DNA of 64,000 bases from Eledone cirrhosa (Eukaryota): the NCBI GenBank assembly GCA_964016885.1, contig OZ024741.1:384772001-384836000 (forward strand). Direction: 5' to 3'. Shown piece after piece: positions 1 through 16,000 of this stretch. The notes under the pieces were generated by a model, which did not search any database, had not been told where the DNA came from, and saw nothing but the letters and a program-made list of their open reading frames with translations. The position numbers and the translations under genes are program-made. Numbering within the stretch: position 1 is the stretch's first letter; each line of letters begins with the position of its first letter.

Positions 1-1099
1 CTACAGTGACCACAGTATCAATGTATTGTCCACTACACTGACCACAGTATCAATGTATTGTCCACTACAGTGACCACAGTATCAATATATTGTCCACTAC
101 ACTGACCACAGTATCAATGTATTGACCACTACACTGACCACAGTATCAATGTATTGTCCACTACACTGACGACATTATCAATGTATTGTCCACTACACTG
201 ACCACAGTATCAATGTATTGTCCACTGCAGTGACCACAGTATCAATGTATTGTCCACTACACTGACCAGAGTATCAATGTATTGTCCACTACAGTGACCA
301 CAGTATCAATGTATTGTCCACTACACTGACCACAGTATTAATGTATTGAAACTACAGTGACCACAGTATCAATGTATTGTCCACTACAGTGACCACAGTA
401 TCAATGTATTGTCCACTACTGTGACCACAGTATCAATGTATTGTCCACTACACTGACCACGGTATCAATGTATTGATCACTACAGTGACCACAGTATCAA
501 TGTATTGTCCACTACAGTGACCACAGTATCAATGTATTGTCCACTACAGTGACCACAGTATCACTGTATTGTCCACTACAGTGACCACAGTATCAATGTA
601 TTGTCCACTACAGTGACCACAGTATCAATGTATTGTCCACTACAGTGACCACAGTATCAATGTATTGTCCACTACAGTGACCACAGTATCAATGTATTGT
701 CCATCACACTGACCACAGTATCAATGTATTGTCCACTACAGTGACCACAGTATCAATGTATTCTCCATTACACTGACCACATTATCAATGTATTGACCAC
801 TACAGTGACCACAGTATCAATGTATTGTCCACTACAGTGACCACAGTATCAATGTATTGTCCATTACACTGACCACTGTATCAATGTATTGACCACTACA
901 GTGACTACAGTATCAATGTATTGACCACTACAGTGACCACAGTATCAATGTATTGACCACTACAGTGACCACAGTATCAATGTATTGTCCACTACACTGA
1001 CCACAGTATCAATATATTGTCCACTACACTGACCACAGTATCAATATATTATCCACTACAGTGACCAGAGTATCAATGTATTGTCCACTACACTGACCA

Positions 1100-4000
1100 C
1101 AGTATCAATGTATTGTCCACTACACTGACCATAGTATCAATGTATTGTCCACTACAGTGACCACAGTATCAATGTATTGTCCACTACACTGACCATAGTA
1201 TCAATATATTGTCCACTACACTGACCACAGTATCAATATATTGTCCACTACAGTGACCAGAGTATCAATGTATTGTCCACTACACTGACCATAGTATTAA
1301 TGTATTGTCCACTACAGTGACCACAGTATCAATGTATTGTCCATCACAATGACCACAGTATCAATGTATTGTCCACTACAGTGACCACAGTATCAATGTA
1401 TTGTCCATTACACTGACCACTGTATCAATGTATTGTCCACTACAGTGACCACAGTATCAATGTATTGTCCACTACAGTGACCACAGTATCAATGTATTGT
1501 CCACTACAGTGACCACAGTATCAATGTATTGACCACTACACTGACTACAGTATCAATGTATTGTCCACTACACTGACCACAGTATCAACATATTGACCAC
1601 TACAGTGACCACAGTATCAATATATTGACCACAACACTGACCACAGTATATATGTATTGACCACTACACTGACCACAGTATCAATGTATTGTCCACTACA
1701 CTGACCACAATATCAATGTATTGTCCACTACACTGCCCACAGTATCAATATATTGTCCACTACAGTGACAAGAGTATCAATGTATTGTCCACTACACTGA
1801 CCACAGTATCAATATATTGTCCACTACACTGACCACAGTATCAATATATTGTCCACTACAGTGACCACAGTATCAATGTATTGTCCACTACACTGACCAC
1901 AGTATCAATATATTGTCCACTACACTGACCACAGTATCAATATATTATCCACTACAGTGACCAGAGTATCAATGTATTGTCCACTACACTGACCATAGTA
2001 TCAATGTATTGTCCACTACAGTGTCCACAGTATCAATGTATTGTCCACTACACTGACCACAGTATCAATATATTGTCCACTACACTGACCACAGTATCAA
2101 TATATTGTCCACTACAGTGACCAGAGTATCAATGTATTGTCCACTACACTGACCACAGTATCAATGTATTGTCCACTACACTGACCATAGTATCAATGTA
2201 TTGTCCACTACAGTGACCACAGTATCAATGTATTGTCCACTACAGTGACCACAGTATCAATGTATTGTCCACTACACTGACCATAGTTTCAATGTATTGT
2301 CCACTACAGTGACCACAGTATCAATGTATTGTCCACTACACTGACCACAGTATCAATGTATTGTACACTACACTGACCACAGTATCAATGTATTGTCCAC
2401 TACAGTGACCACAGTATCAATGTATTGTCCACTACACTGACCACAGTATCAATGTATTGTCCACTACAGTGACCACAGTATCAATATATTGTCCACTACA
2501 CTGACCACAGTATCAATGTATTGACCACTACACTGACCACAGTATCAATGTATTGTCCACTACAATGACGACATTATCAATGTATTGTCCACTACACTGA
2601 CCACAGTATCAATGTATTGTCCACTGCAGTGACCACAGTATCAATGTATTGTCCACTACACTGACCAGAGTATCAATGTATTGTCCACTACACTGACCAC
2701 AGTATCAATGTATTGTCCACTACAGTGACCACAGTATCAATGTATTGTCCACTACTGTGACCACAGTATCAATGTATTGTCCACTACACTGACCACGGTA
2801 TCAATGTATTGATCACTACAGTGACCACAGTATCAATGTATTGTCCACTACAGTGACCACAGTATCAATGTATTGTCCACTACAGTGACCACGGTATCAA
2901 TGTATTGTCCACTACAGTGACCACAGTATCAATGTATTGTCCACTACAGTGACCACAGTATCAATGTATTGTCCACTACAGTGACCACAGTATCAATGTA
3001 TTGTCCACTACAGTGACCACAGTATCAATGTATTGTCCATCACACTGACCACAGTATCAATGTATTGTCCACTACAGTGACCACAGTATCAATGTATTGT
3101 CCACTACAGTGACCACAGTATCAATGTATTGTCCACTACATTAACCACAGTATCAATGTGTTGTCCATTACACTGACCACTGTATCAATGTATTGACCAC
3201 TACAGTGACTACAGTATCAATGTATTGACCACTACAGTGACCACAGTATCAATGTATTGACCACTACAGTGACCACAGTATCAATGTATTGTCCACTACA
3301 CTGACCACAGTATCAATATATTGTCCACTACACTGACCACAGTATCAATATATTATCCACTACAGTGACCACAGTATCAATGTATTGTCCACTACACTGT
3401 CCACAGTATCAATATATTGTCCACTAGACTGACCACAGTATCAATATATTGTCCACTACAGTGACCAGAGTATCAATGTATTGTCCACTACACTGACCAT
3501 AGTATCAATGTATTGTCCACTACAGTGACCACAGTATCAATGTATTGTCCATTACACTGACCACTGTATCAATGTATTGTCCACTACAGTGACCACAGTA
3601 TCAATGTATTGTCTACTACAGTGACCACAGTATCAATGTATTGTCCACTACAGTGACCACAGTATCAATGAATTGACCACTACACTGACTACAGTATCAA
3701 TGTATTGTCCACTACACTGACCACAGTATCAATATATTGACCACTACAGTGACCACAGTATCAATATATTGACCACAACACTGACCACAGTATATATGTA
3801 TTGACCACTACACTGACCACAGTATCAATGTATTGTCCACTACACTGACCACAGTATCAATGTATTGTCCACTACACTGACCACAGTATCAATATATTGT
3901 CCACTACAGTGACAAGAGTATCAATGTATTGTCCACTACACTGACCACAGTATCAATATATTGTCCACTACACTGACCACAGTATCAATATATTGTCCAC

Positions 4001-7000
4001 TACAGTGACCACAGTATCAATGTATTGTCCACTACACTGACCACAGTATCAATATATTGTCCACTACACTGACCACAGTATCAATATATTATCCACTACA
4101 GTGACCACAGTATCAATGTATTGTCCACTACACTGACCACAGTATCAATGTATTGTCCACTACACTGACCATAGTATCAATGTATTGTCCACTACAGTGT
4201 CCACAGTATCAATGTATTGTCCACTACACTGACCACAGTATCAATATATTGTCCACTACACTGACCACAGTATCAATATATTGTCCACTACAGTGACCAG
4301 AGTATCAATGTATTGTCCACTACACTGACCACAGTATCAATGTATTGTCCACTACACTGACCATAGTATCAATGTATTGTCCACTACAGTGACCACAGTA
4401 TCAATGTATTGTCCACTACAGTGACCACAGTATCAATGTATTGTCCACTACACTGACCACAGTATCAATGTATTGTCCACTACACTGACCACAGTATCAA
4501 TATATTGTCCACTACAGTGACAAGAGTATCAATGTATTGTCCACTACACTGACCACAGTATCAATATATTGTCCACTACACTGACCACAGTATCAATATA
4601 TTGTCCACTACAGTGACCACAGTATCAATGTATTGTCCACTACACTGACCACAGTATCAATATATTGTCCACTACACTGACCACAGTATCAATATATTGT
4701 CCACTACAGTGACCAGAGTATCAATGTATTGTCCACTACACTGACCACAGTATCAATGTATTGTCCACTACACTGACCATAGTATCAATGTATTGTCCAC
4801 TACAGTGACCACAGTATCAATGTATTGTCCACTACAGTGACCACAGTATCAATGTATTGTCCACTACACTAACCACAGTATCAATGTATTGTCCACTACA
4901 CTGACCACAGTATCAATATATTGTCCACTACAGTGACAAGAGTATCAATGTATTGTCCACTACACTGACCACAGTATCAATATATTGTCCACTACACTGA
5001 CCACAGTATCAATATATTGTCCACTACAGTGACCACAGTATCAATGTATTGTCCACTACACTGACCACAGTATCAATATATTGTCCACTACACTGACCAC
5101 AGTATCAATATATTATCCACTACAGTGACCAGAGTATCAATGTATTGTCCACTACACTGACCACAGTATCAATGTATTGTCCACTACACTGACCATAGTA
5201 TCAATGTATTGTCCACTACAGTGACCACAGTATCAATGTATTGTCCACTACACTGACCATAGTATCAATATATTGTCCACTACACTGACCACAGTATCAA
5301 TATATTGTCCACTACAGTGACCAGAGTATCAATGTATTGTCCACTACACTGACCATAGTATTAATGTATTGTCCACTACAGTGACCACAGTATCAATGTA
5401 TTGTCCATCACAATGACCACAGTATCAATGTATTGTCCACTACAGTGACCACAGTATCAATGTATTGTCCATTACACTGACCACTGTATCAATGTATTGT
5501 CCACTACAGTGACCACAGTATCAATGTATTGTCCACTACAGTGACCACAGTATCAATGTATTGTCCACTACAGTGACCACAGTATCAATGTATTGACCAC
5601 TACACTGACTATAGTATCAATGTATTGTCCACTACACTGACCACAGTATCAACATATTGACCACTACAGTGACCACAGTATCAATATATTGACCACAACA
5701 CTGACCACAGTATATATGTATTGACCACTACACTGACCACAGTATCAATGTATTGTCCACTACACTGACCACAATATCAATGTATTGTCCACTACACTGC
5801 CCACAGTATCAATATATTGTCCACTACAGTGACAAGAGTATCAATGTATTGTCCACTACACTGACCACAGTATCAATATATTGTCCACTACACTGACCAC
5901 AGTATCAATATATTGTCCACTACAGTGACCACAGTATCAATGTATTGTCCACTACACTGACCACAGTATCAATATATTGTCCACTACACTGACCACAGTA
6001 TCAATATATTATCCACTACAGTGACCAGAGTATCAATGTATTGTCCACTACACTGACCATAGTATCAATGTATTGTCCACTACAGTGTCCACAGTATCAA
6101 TGTATTGTCCACTACACTGACCACAGTATCAATATATTGTCCACTACACTGACCACAGTATCAATATATTGTCCACTACAGTGACCAGAGTATCAATGTA
6201 TTGTCCACTACACTGACCACAGTATCAATGTATTGTCCACTACACTGACCATAGTATCAATGTATTGTCCACTACAGTGACCACAGTATCAATGTATTGT
6301 CCACTACAGTGACCACAGTATCAATGTATTGTCCACTACACTGACCATAGTTTCAATGTATTGTCCACTACAGTGACCACAGTATCAATGTATTGTCCAC
6401 TACACTGACCACAGTATCAATGTATTGTACACTACACTGACCACAGTATCAATGTATTGTCCACTACAGTGACCACAGTATCAATGTATTGTCCACTACA
6501 CTGACCACAGTATCAATGTATTGTCCACTACAGTGACCACAGTATCAATATATTGTCCACTACACTGACCACAGTATCAATGTATTGACCACTACACTGA
6601 CCACAGTATCAATGTATTGTCCACTACAATGACGACATTATCAATGTATTGTCCACTACACTGACCACAGTATCAATGTATTGTCCACTGCAGTGACCAC
6701 AGTATCAATGTATTGTCCACTACACTGACCAGAGTATCAATGTATTTTCCACTACACTGACCACAGTATCAATGTATTGTCCACTACAGTGACCACAGTA
6801 TCAATGTATTGTCCACTACTGTGACCACAGTATCAATGTATTGTCCACTACACTGACCACGGTATCAATGTATTGATCACTACAGTGACCACAGTATCAA
6901 TGTATTGTCCACTACAGTGACCACAGTATCAATGTATTGTCCACTACAGTGACCACGGTATCAATGTATTGTCCACTACAGTGACCACAGTATCAATGTA

Positions 7001-10000
7001 TTGTCCACTACAGTGACCACAGTATCAATGTATTGTCCACTACAGTGACCACAGTATCAATGTATTGTCCACTACAGTGACCACAGTATCAATGTATTGT
7101 CCATCACACTGACCACAGTATCAATGTATTGTCCACTACAGTGACCACAGTATCAATGTATTGTCCACTACAGTGACCACAGTATCAATGTATTGTCCAC
7201 TACATTAACCACAGTATCAATGTATTGTCCATTACACTGACCACTGTATCAATGTATTGACCACTACAGTGACTACAGTATCAATGTATTGACCACTACA
7301 GTGACCACAGTATCAATGTATTGACCACTACAGTGACCACAGTATCAATGTATTGTCCACTACACTGACCACAGTATCAATATATTGTCCACTACACTGA
7401 CCACAGTATCAATATATTATCCACTACAGTGACCACAGTATCAATGTATTGTCCACTACACTGTCCACAGTATCAATATATTGTCCACTAGACTGACCAC
7501 AGTATCAATATATTGTCCACTACAGTGACCAGAGTATCAATGTATTGTCCACTACACTGACCATAGTATCAATGTATTGTCCACTACAGTGACCACAGTA
7601 TCAATGTATTGTCCATTACACTGACCACTGTATCAATGTATTGTCCACTACAGTGACCACAGTATCAATGTATTGTCCACTACAGTGACCACAGTATCAA
7701 TGTATTGTCCACTACAGTGACCACAGTATCAATGAATTGACCACTACACTGACTACAGTATCAATGTATTGTCCACTACACTGACCACAGTATCAATATA
7801 TTGACCACTACAGTGACCACAGTATCAATATATTGACCACAACACTGACCACAGTATATATGTATTGACCACTACACTGACCACAGTATCAATGTATTGT
7901 CCACTACAGTGACAAGAGTATCAATGTATTGTCCACTACACTGACCACAGTATCAATATATTGTCCACTACACTGACCACAGTATCAATATATTGTCCAC
8001 TACAGTGACCACAGTATCAATGTATTGTCCACTACACTGACCACAGTATCAATATATTGTCCACTACACTGACCACAGTATCAATATATTATCCACTACA
8101 GTGACCACAGTATCAATGTATTGTCCACTACACTGACCACAGTATCAATGTATTGTCCACTACACTGACCATAGTATCAATGTATTGTCCACTACAGTGT
8201 CCACAGTATCAATGTATTGTCCACTACACTGACCACAGTATCAATATATTGTCCACTACACTGACCACAGTATCAATATATTGTCCACTACAGTGACCAG
8301 AGTATCAATGTATTGTCCACTACACTGACCACAGTATCAATGTATTGTCCACTACACTGACCATAGTATCAATGTATTGTCCACTACAGTGACCACAGTA
8401 TCAATGTATTGTCCACTACAGTGACCACAGTATCAATGTATTGTCCACTACACTGACCATAGTATCAATGTATTGTCCACTACAGTGACCACAGTATCAA
8501 TGTATTGTCCACTACACTGACCACAGTATCAATGTATTGTCCACTACACTGATCACAGTATCAATGTATTGTCCACTACAGTGACCACAGTATCAATGTA
8601 TTGTCCACTACACTGACCACAGTATCAATGTATTGTCCACTACAGTGACCACAGTATCAATATATTGTCCACTACACTGACCACAGTATCAATGTATTGA
8701 CCACTACACTGACCACAGTATCAATGTATTGTCCACTACACTGACGACATTATCAATGTATTGTCCACTACACTGACCACAGTATCAATGTATTGTCCAC
8801 TGCAGTGACCACAGTATCAATGTATTGTCCACTACACTGACCAGAGTATCAATATATTGTCCACTACAGTGACCACAGTATCAATGTATTGTCCACTACA
8901 CTGACCACAGTATTAAAGTATTGAAACTACAGTGACCACAGTATCAATGTATTGTCCACTACAGTGACCACAGTATCAATGTATTGTCCACTACTGTGAC
9001 CACAGTACCAATGTATTGTCCACTACACTGACCACGGTATCAATGTATTGATCACTACAGTGACCACAGTATCAATGTATTGTCCACTACAGTGACCACA
9101 GTATCAATGTATTGTCCACTACAGTGACCACAGTATCAATGTATTGTCCACTACAGTGACCACAGTATCAATGTATTGTCCACTACAGTGACCACAGTAT
9201 CAATGTATTGTCCATCACACTGACCACAGTATCAATGTATTGTCCACTACAGTGACCACAGTATCAACGTATTGTCCACTACACTGACCATAGTATCAAT
9301 ATATTGTCCACTACACTGACCACAGTATCAATATATTGTCCACTACACTGACCACAGTATCAATATATTGTCCACTACAGTGACCAGAGTATCAATGTAT
9401 TGTCCACTACACTGACCATAGTATTAATGTATTGTCCACTACAGTGACCACAGTATCAATGTATTGTCCATCACAATGACCACAGTATCAATGTATTGTC
9501 CACTACAGTGACCACAGTATCAATGTATTGTCCATTACACTGACCACTGTATCAATGTATTGTCCACTACAGTGACCACAGTATCAATGTATTGTCCACT
9601 ACAGTGACCACAGTATCAATGTATTGTCCACTACAGTGACCACAGTATCAATGTATTGACCACTACACTGACTACAGTATCAATGTATTGTCCACTACAC
9701 TGACCACAGTATCAACATATTGACCACTACAGTGACCACAGTATCAATATATTGACCACAACACTGACCACAGTATATATGTATTGACCACTACACTGAC
9801 CACAGTATCAATGTATTGTCCACTACACTGACCACAATATCAATGTATTGTCCACTACACTGACCACAGTATCAATATATTGTCCACTACAGTGACAAGA
9901 GTATCAATGTATTGTCCACTACACTGACCACAGTATCAATATATTGTCCACTACACTGACCACAGTATCAATATATTGTCCACTACAGTGACCACAGTAT
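1100..10000. repeat. Higher-order repeat, ~4064-bp period (127 monomers, made of alternating 67- and 60-monomer sub-blocks); boundaries approximate
   Basis: Marker agtatcaacatattg at 1581, 5645 and 9708; ccactagact at 3421 and 7485; tatatatgta at 1647, 3791, 5711, 7855 and 9774. Confidence 0.85.
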
Positions 10001-13000
10001 CAATGTATTGTCCACTACACTGACCACAGTATCAATATATTGTCCAGTACACTGACCACAGTATCAATATATTATCCACTACAGTGACCAGAGTATCAAT
10101 GTATTGTCCACTACACTGACCACAGTATCAATGTATTGTCCACTACACTGACCATAGTATCAATGTATTGTCCACTACAGTGTCCACAGTATCAATGTAT
10201 TGTCCACTACACTGACCACAGTATCAATATATTGTCCACTACAGTGACCAGAGTATCAATGTATTGTCCACTACACTGACCACAGTATCAATGTATTGTC
10301 CACTACAGTGACCACAGTATCAATGTATTGTCCACTACACTGACCATAGTTTCAATGTATTGTCCACTACAGTGACCACAGTATCAATGTATTGTCCACT
10401 ACACTGACCACAGTATCAATGTATTGTACACTACACTGACCACAGTATCAATGTATTGTCCACTACAGTGACCACAGTATCAATGTATTGTCCACTACAC
10501 TGACCACAGTATCAATGTATTGTCCACTACAGTGACCACAGTATCAATATATTGTCCACTACACTGACCACAGTATCAATGTATTGACCACTACACTGAC
10601 CACAGTATCAATGTATTGTCCACTACACTGATGACATTATCAATGTATTGTCCACTACACTGACCACAGTATCAATGTATTGTCCACTGCAGTGACCACA
10701 GTATCAATGTATTGTCCACTACACTGACCAGAGTATCAATGTATTGTCCACTACAGTGACCACAGTATCAATGCATTGTCCACTACACTGACCACAGTAT
10801 TAATGTATTGAAACTACACTGACCACAGTATCAATGTATTGTCCACTACAGTGACCACAGTATCAATGTATTGTCCACTACTGTGACCACAGTATCAATG
10901 TATTGTCCACTACACTGACCACGGTATCAATGTATTGATCACTACAGTGAACACAGTATCAATGTATTGTCCATTACACTGACCACAGTATCAATGTATT
11001 GTCCACTACACTGACCACAGTATCAATGTATTGTCCACTACACTAACCACAGTATCAATGTATTGACCACTACAGTGACCACAGTCTCAATGTATTGTCC
11101 ACTACACTGACCACAGTATCAATGTATTGTCCACTACACTGACCACAGTATCAATGTATTGTCCACTACAGTGACCACAGAATCAATGTATTGACCACTA
11201 CAGTGACCACATTATCAATGTATTGTACACTACACTGACCACAGTATCAATGTATTGTCCACTACACTGACCACAGTATCAATGTATTGTCCACTACTGT
11301 GACCACAGTATCAATGTATTGTCCACTACACTGACCACGGTATCAATGTATTGACCACTACAGAGACCACAGTATCAATGTATTGTCCACTACAGTGACC
11401 ACAGTATCAATGTATTGTCCACTACACTTACCACAGTATCAATGTATTGTCCACTACACTGACCGCAGTATCAATGTATTGTCCACTACACTGACCACAG
11501 TATCAATGTATTGACCATTACACTGACCACAGTATCAATGTATTGTCCACTACACTGACGACAGTATCAATGTATTGACCACTACACTGACCACAGTATC
11601 AATGTATTGTCCACTACACTGACGACAGTATCAATGTATTGTCCACTACACTGACCACAGTATAAATGTATTGTCCACTGCAGTGACCACAGTATCAATG
11701 TATTGTCCACTACACTGACCAGAGTATAAATGTATTGTCCACTACAGTGACCACAGTATCAATGTATTGTCCACTACACTCACCACAGTATCAATGTATT
11801 GACCACTACAGTGACCACAGTATCAATGTATTGTCCACTACAGTGACCACAGTATCAATGTATTGTCCACTACAGTGACCACAGTATCAATGTATTGTCC
11901 ACTACACTGACCACGGTATCAATGTATTGACCACTACAGTGACCACAGTATCAATGTATTGTCCACTACAGTGACCACAGTATCAATGTATTGTCCACTA
12001 CAGTGACCACAGTATCAATGTATTGTCCACTACAGTGACCACAGTATCAATGTATTGTCCACTACACTGACCACAGTATCAATGTATTGACCACTACAGT
12101 GACCACAGTATCAATGTATTGACCACTACAGTGACCACAGTATCAATGTATTGTCCACTACAGTGACCACAGTATCAATGTATTGTCCACTACAGTGACC
12201 ACAGTATCAATGTATTGACCACTACAGTGACCACAGTATCAATGTATTGTCCACTACAGTGACCACAGTATCAATGTATTGTCCACTACACTGACCACAG
12301 TATCAATGTATTGACCACTACACTGACCACAGTATCAATGTATTGTCCACTACAGTGACAACAGTATCAATGTATTGTCCATTACAGTGACCACAGTATC
12401 AATGTATTGTCCACTACAGTGACCACAGTATCAATGTATTGTCCACTACAGTGACCACAGTATCAATGTATTGTCCACTACAGTGACCACAGTATCAATG
12501 TATTGTCCACTACAGTGACCACAGTATCAATGTATTGTCCACTACAGTGACCACAGTATCAATGTATTGTCCACTACAGTGACCACAGTATCAATGTATT
12601 GTCCATTACACTGACCACAGTATCAATGTATTGACCACTACAGTGACCACAGTATCAATGTATTGTCCACTACACTGACCACGGTATCAATGTATTGACC
12701 ACTACAGTGACCACAGTATCAATGTATTGTCCACTACAGTGACCACAGTATCAATGTATTGTCCACTACAGTGACCATAGTATCAATGTATTGTCCATTA
12801 CACTGACCACTGTATCAATGTATTGACCACTACAGTGACTACAGTATCAATGTATTGACCACTACAGTGACCACAGTATCAATGTATTGACCACTACAGT
12901 GACCACAGTATCAATGTATTGTCCACTACACTGACAACAGTATCAATGTATTGTCCACTACACTGACCACAGTATCAATGTATTGACCACTACAGTGACC

Positions 13001-16000
13001 ACAGTATCAATGTATTGTCCACTACACTGACCACAGTATCAATGTATTGTCCACTACACTGACCACAGTATCAATGTATTGTCCACTACACTGACCACAG
13101 TATCAATGTATTGTCCACTGCAGGGACCACAGTATCAATGTATTGTCCACTACAGTGACCACAGTATCAATGTATTGTCCATTACACTGACCACAGTATC
13201 AATGTATTGTCCACTACACTGACCACAGTATCAATGTATTGTCCACTACACTAACCACAGTATCAATGTATTGACCACTACAGTGACCACAGTATCAATG
13301 TATTGTCCACTATACTGACCACAGTATCAATGTATTGTCCACTACACTGACCACAGTATCAATGTATTGTCCACTACAGTGACCACAGTATCAATGTATT
13401 GACCACTACAGTGACCACATTATCAATGTATTGTACACTACACTGACCACAGTATCAATGTATTGTCCACTACACTGACCACAGTATCAATGTATTGTCC
13501 ACTACAGAGACCATAGTATCAATGTATTGACCACTACAGAGACCACAGTATCAATGTATTGTCCACTACAGTGACCACAGTATCAATGTATTGTCCACTA
13601 CACTGACCACAGTATCAATGTATTGTCCACTACACTGACCACAGTATCAATGTAATGTCCACTACACTGACCACAGTATCAATGTATTGACCACTACACT
13701 GACCACAGTATCAATGTATTGTCCACTACACTGACCACGGTATCAATGTATTGACCACTACAGTGACCACAGTATCAATGTATTGTCCACTACAGTGACC
13801 ACAGTATCAATGTATTGTCCACAACAGTGACCACAGTATCAATGTATTGTCCACTACAGTGACCACAGTATCAATGTATTGTCCACTACAGTGACCACAG
13901 TATCAATGTATTGACCACTACAGTGACCACAGTATCAATGTATTGTCCACTACAGTGACCACAGTATCAATGTATTGTCCACTACAGTGACCACAGTATC
14001 AATGTTTTGTCCACTACAGTGACCACAGTATCAATGTATTGTCCACTACAGTGACCACAGTATCAATGTATTGTCCACTACAGTGACCACAGTATCAATG
14101 TATTGTCCACTACAGTGACCACAGTATCAATGTATTGTCCACTACACTGACCACGGTATCAATGTATTGACCACTACAATGACCACAGTATCAATGTATT
14201 GTCCACTACAGTGACCACAGTATCAATGTATTGTCCACTACAGTGACCAGAGTATCAATGTATTGTCCACTACACTGACCACAGTATCAATGTATTGTCC
14301 ACTACACTGACCACACTATCAATGTATTGACCACTACAGTGACCACAGTATCAATGTATTGTCCACTACAGTGACCACAGTATCAATGTTTTGTCCACTA
14401 CAGTGACCACAGTATCAATGTATTGTCCACTACACTGACCACAGTATCAATGTATTGACCACTACAGTGACCAAAGTATCAATGTATTGTCCACTACATT
14501 GACCACAGTATCAATGTATTGTCCATTACACTGACCACAGTATCAATGTATTGACTACTACAGTGACCACAGTATCAATGTATTGTCCACTACAGTGACC
14601 ACAGTATCAATGTATTGTCCACTACAGTGACCACAGTATCAATGTATTGTCCATTACACTGACCACTGTATCAATGTATTGACCACTACAGTGACTACAG
14701 TATCAATGTATTGACCACTACAGTGACCACAGTATCAATGTATTGACCACTACAGTGACCACAGTATCAATGTATTGTCCACTAAACTGACAACAGTATC
14801 AATGTATTGTCCACTACACTGACCACAGTATCAATGTATTGACCACTACAGTGACCACAGTATCAATGTATTGTCCACTACACTGACCACAGTATCAATG
14901 TATTGTCCACTACACTGACCACAGTATCAATGTATTGTCCACTACACTGACCACAGTATCAATGTATTGTCCACTGCAGAGACCACAGTATCAATGTATT
15001 GTCCACTACAGTGACCACAGTATCAATGTATTGTCCATTACACTGACCACAGTATCAATGTATTGTCCACTACACTGACCACAGTATCAATGTATTGTCC
15101 ACTACACTAACCACAGTATCAATGTATTGACCACTACAGTGACCACAGTATCAATGTATTGTCCACTACACTGACCACAGTATCAATGTATTGTCCACTA
15201 CACTGACCACAGTATCAATGTATTGTCCACTACAGTGACCACAGTATCAATGTATTGACCACTACAGTGACCACATTATCAATGTATTGTACACTACACT
15301 GACCACAGTATCAATGTATTGTCCACTACACTGACCACAGTATCAATGTATTGTCCACTACAGAGACCATAGTATCAATGTATTGACCACTACAGAGACC
15401 ACAGTATCAATGTATTGTCCACTACAGTGACCACAGTATCAATGTATTGTCCACTACACTGACCACAGTATCAATGTAATGTCCACTACACTGACCACAG
15501 TATCAATGTATTGACCACTACACTGACCACAGTATCAATGTATTGTCCACTACACTGACCACGGTATCAATGTATTGACCACTACAGTGACCACAGTATC
15601 AATGTATTGTCCACTACAGTGACCACAGTATCAATGTATTGTCCACTACAGTGACCACAGTATCAATGTATTGTCCACTACACTGACCACAGTATCAATG
15701 TATTGACCACTACAGTGACCAAAGTATCAATGTATTGTCCACTACATTGACCACAGTATCAATGTATTGTCCATTACACTGACCACAGTATCAATGTATT
15801 GACTACTACAGTGACCACAGTATCAATGTATTGTCCACTACAGTGACCACAGTATCAATGTATTGTCCACTACAGTGACCACAGTATCAATGTATTGTCC
15901 ATTACACTGACCAGTGTATCAATGTATTGACCACTACAGTGACTAGAGTATCAATGTATTGACCACTACAGTGACCACAGTATCAATGTATTGACCACTA

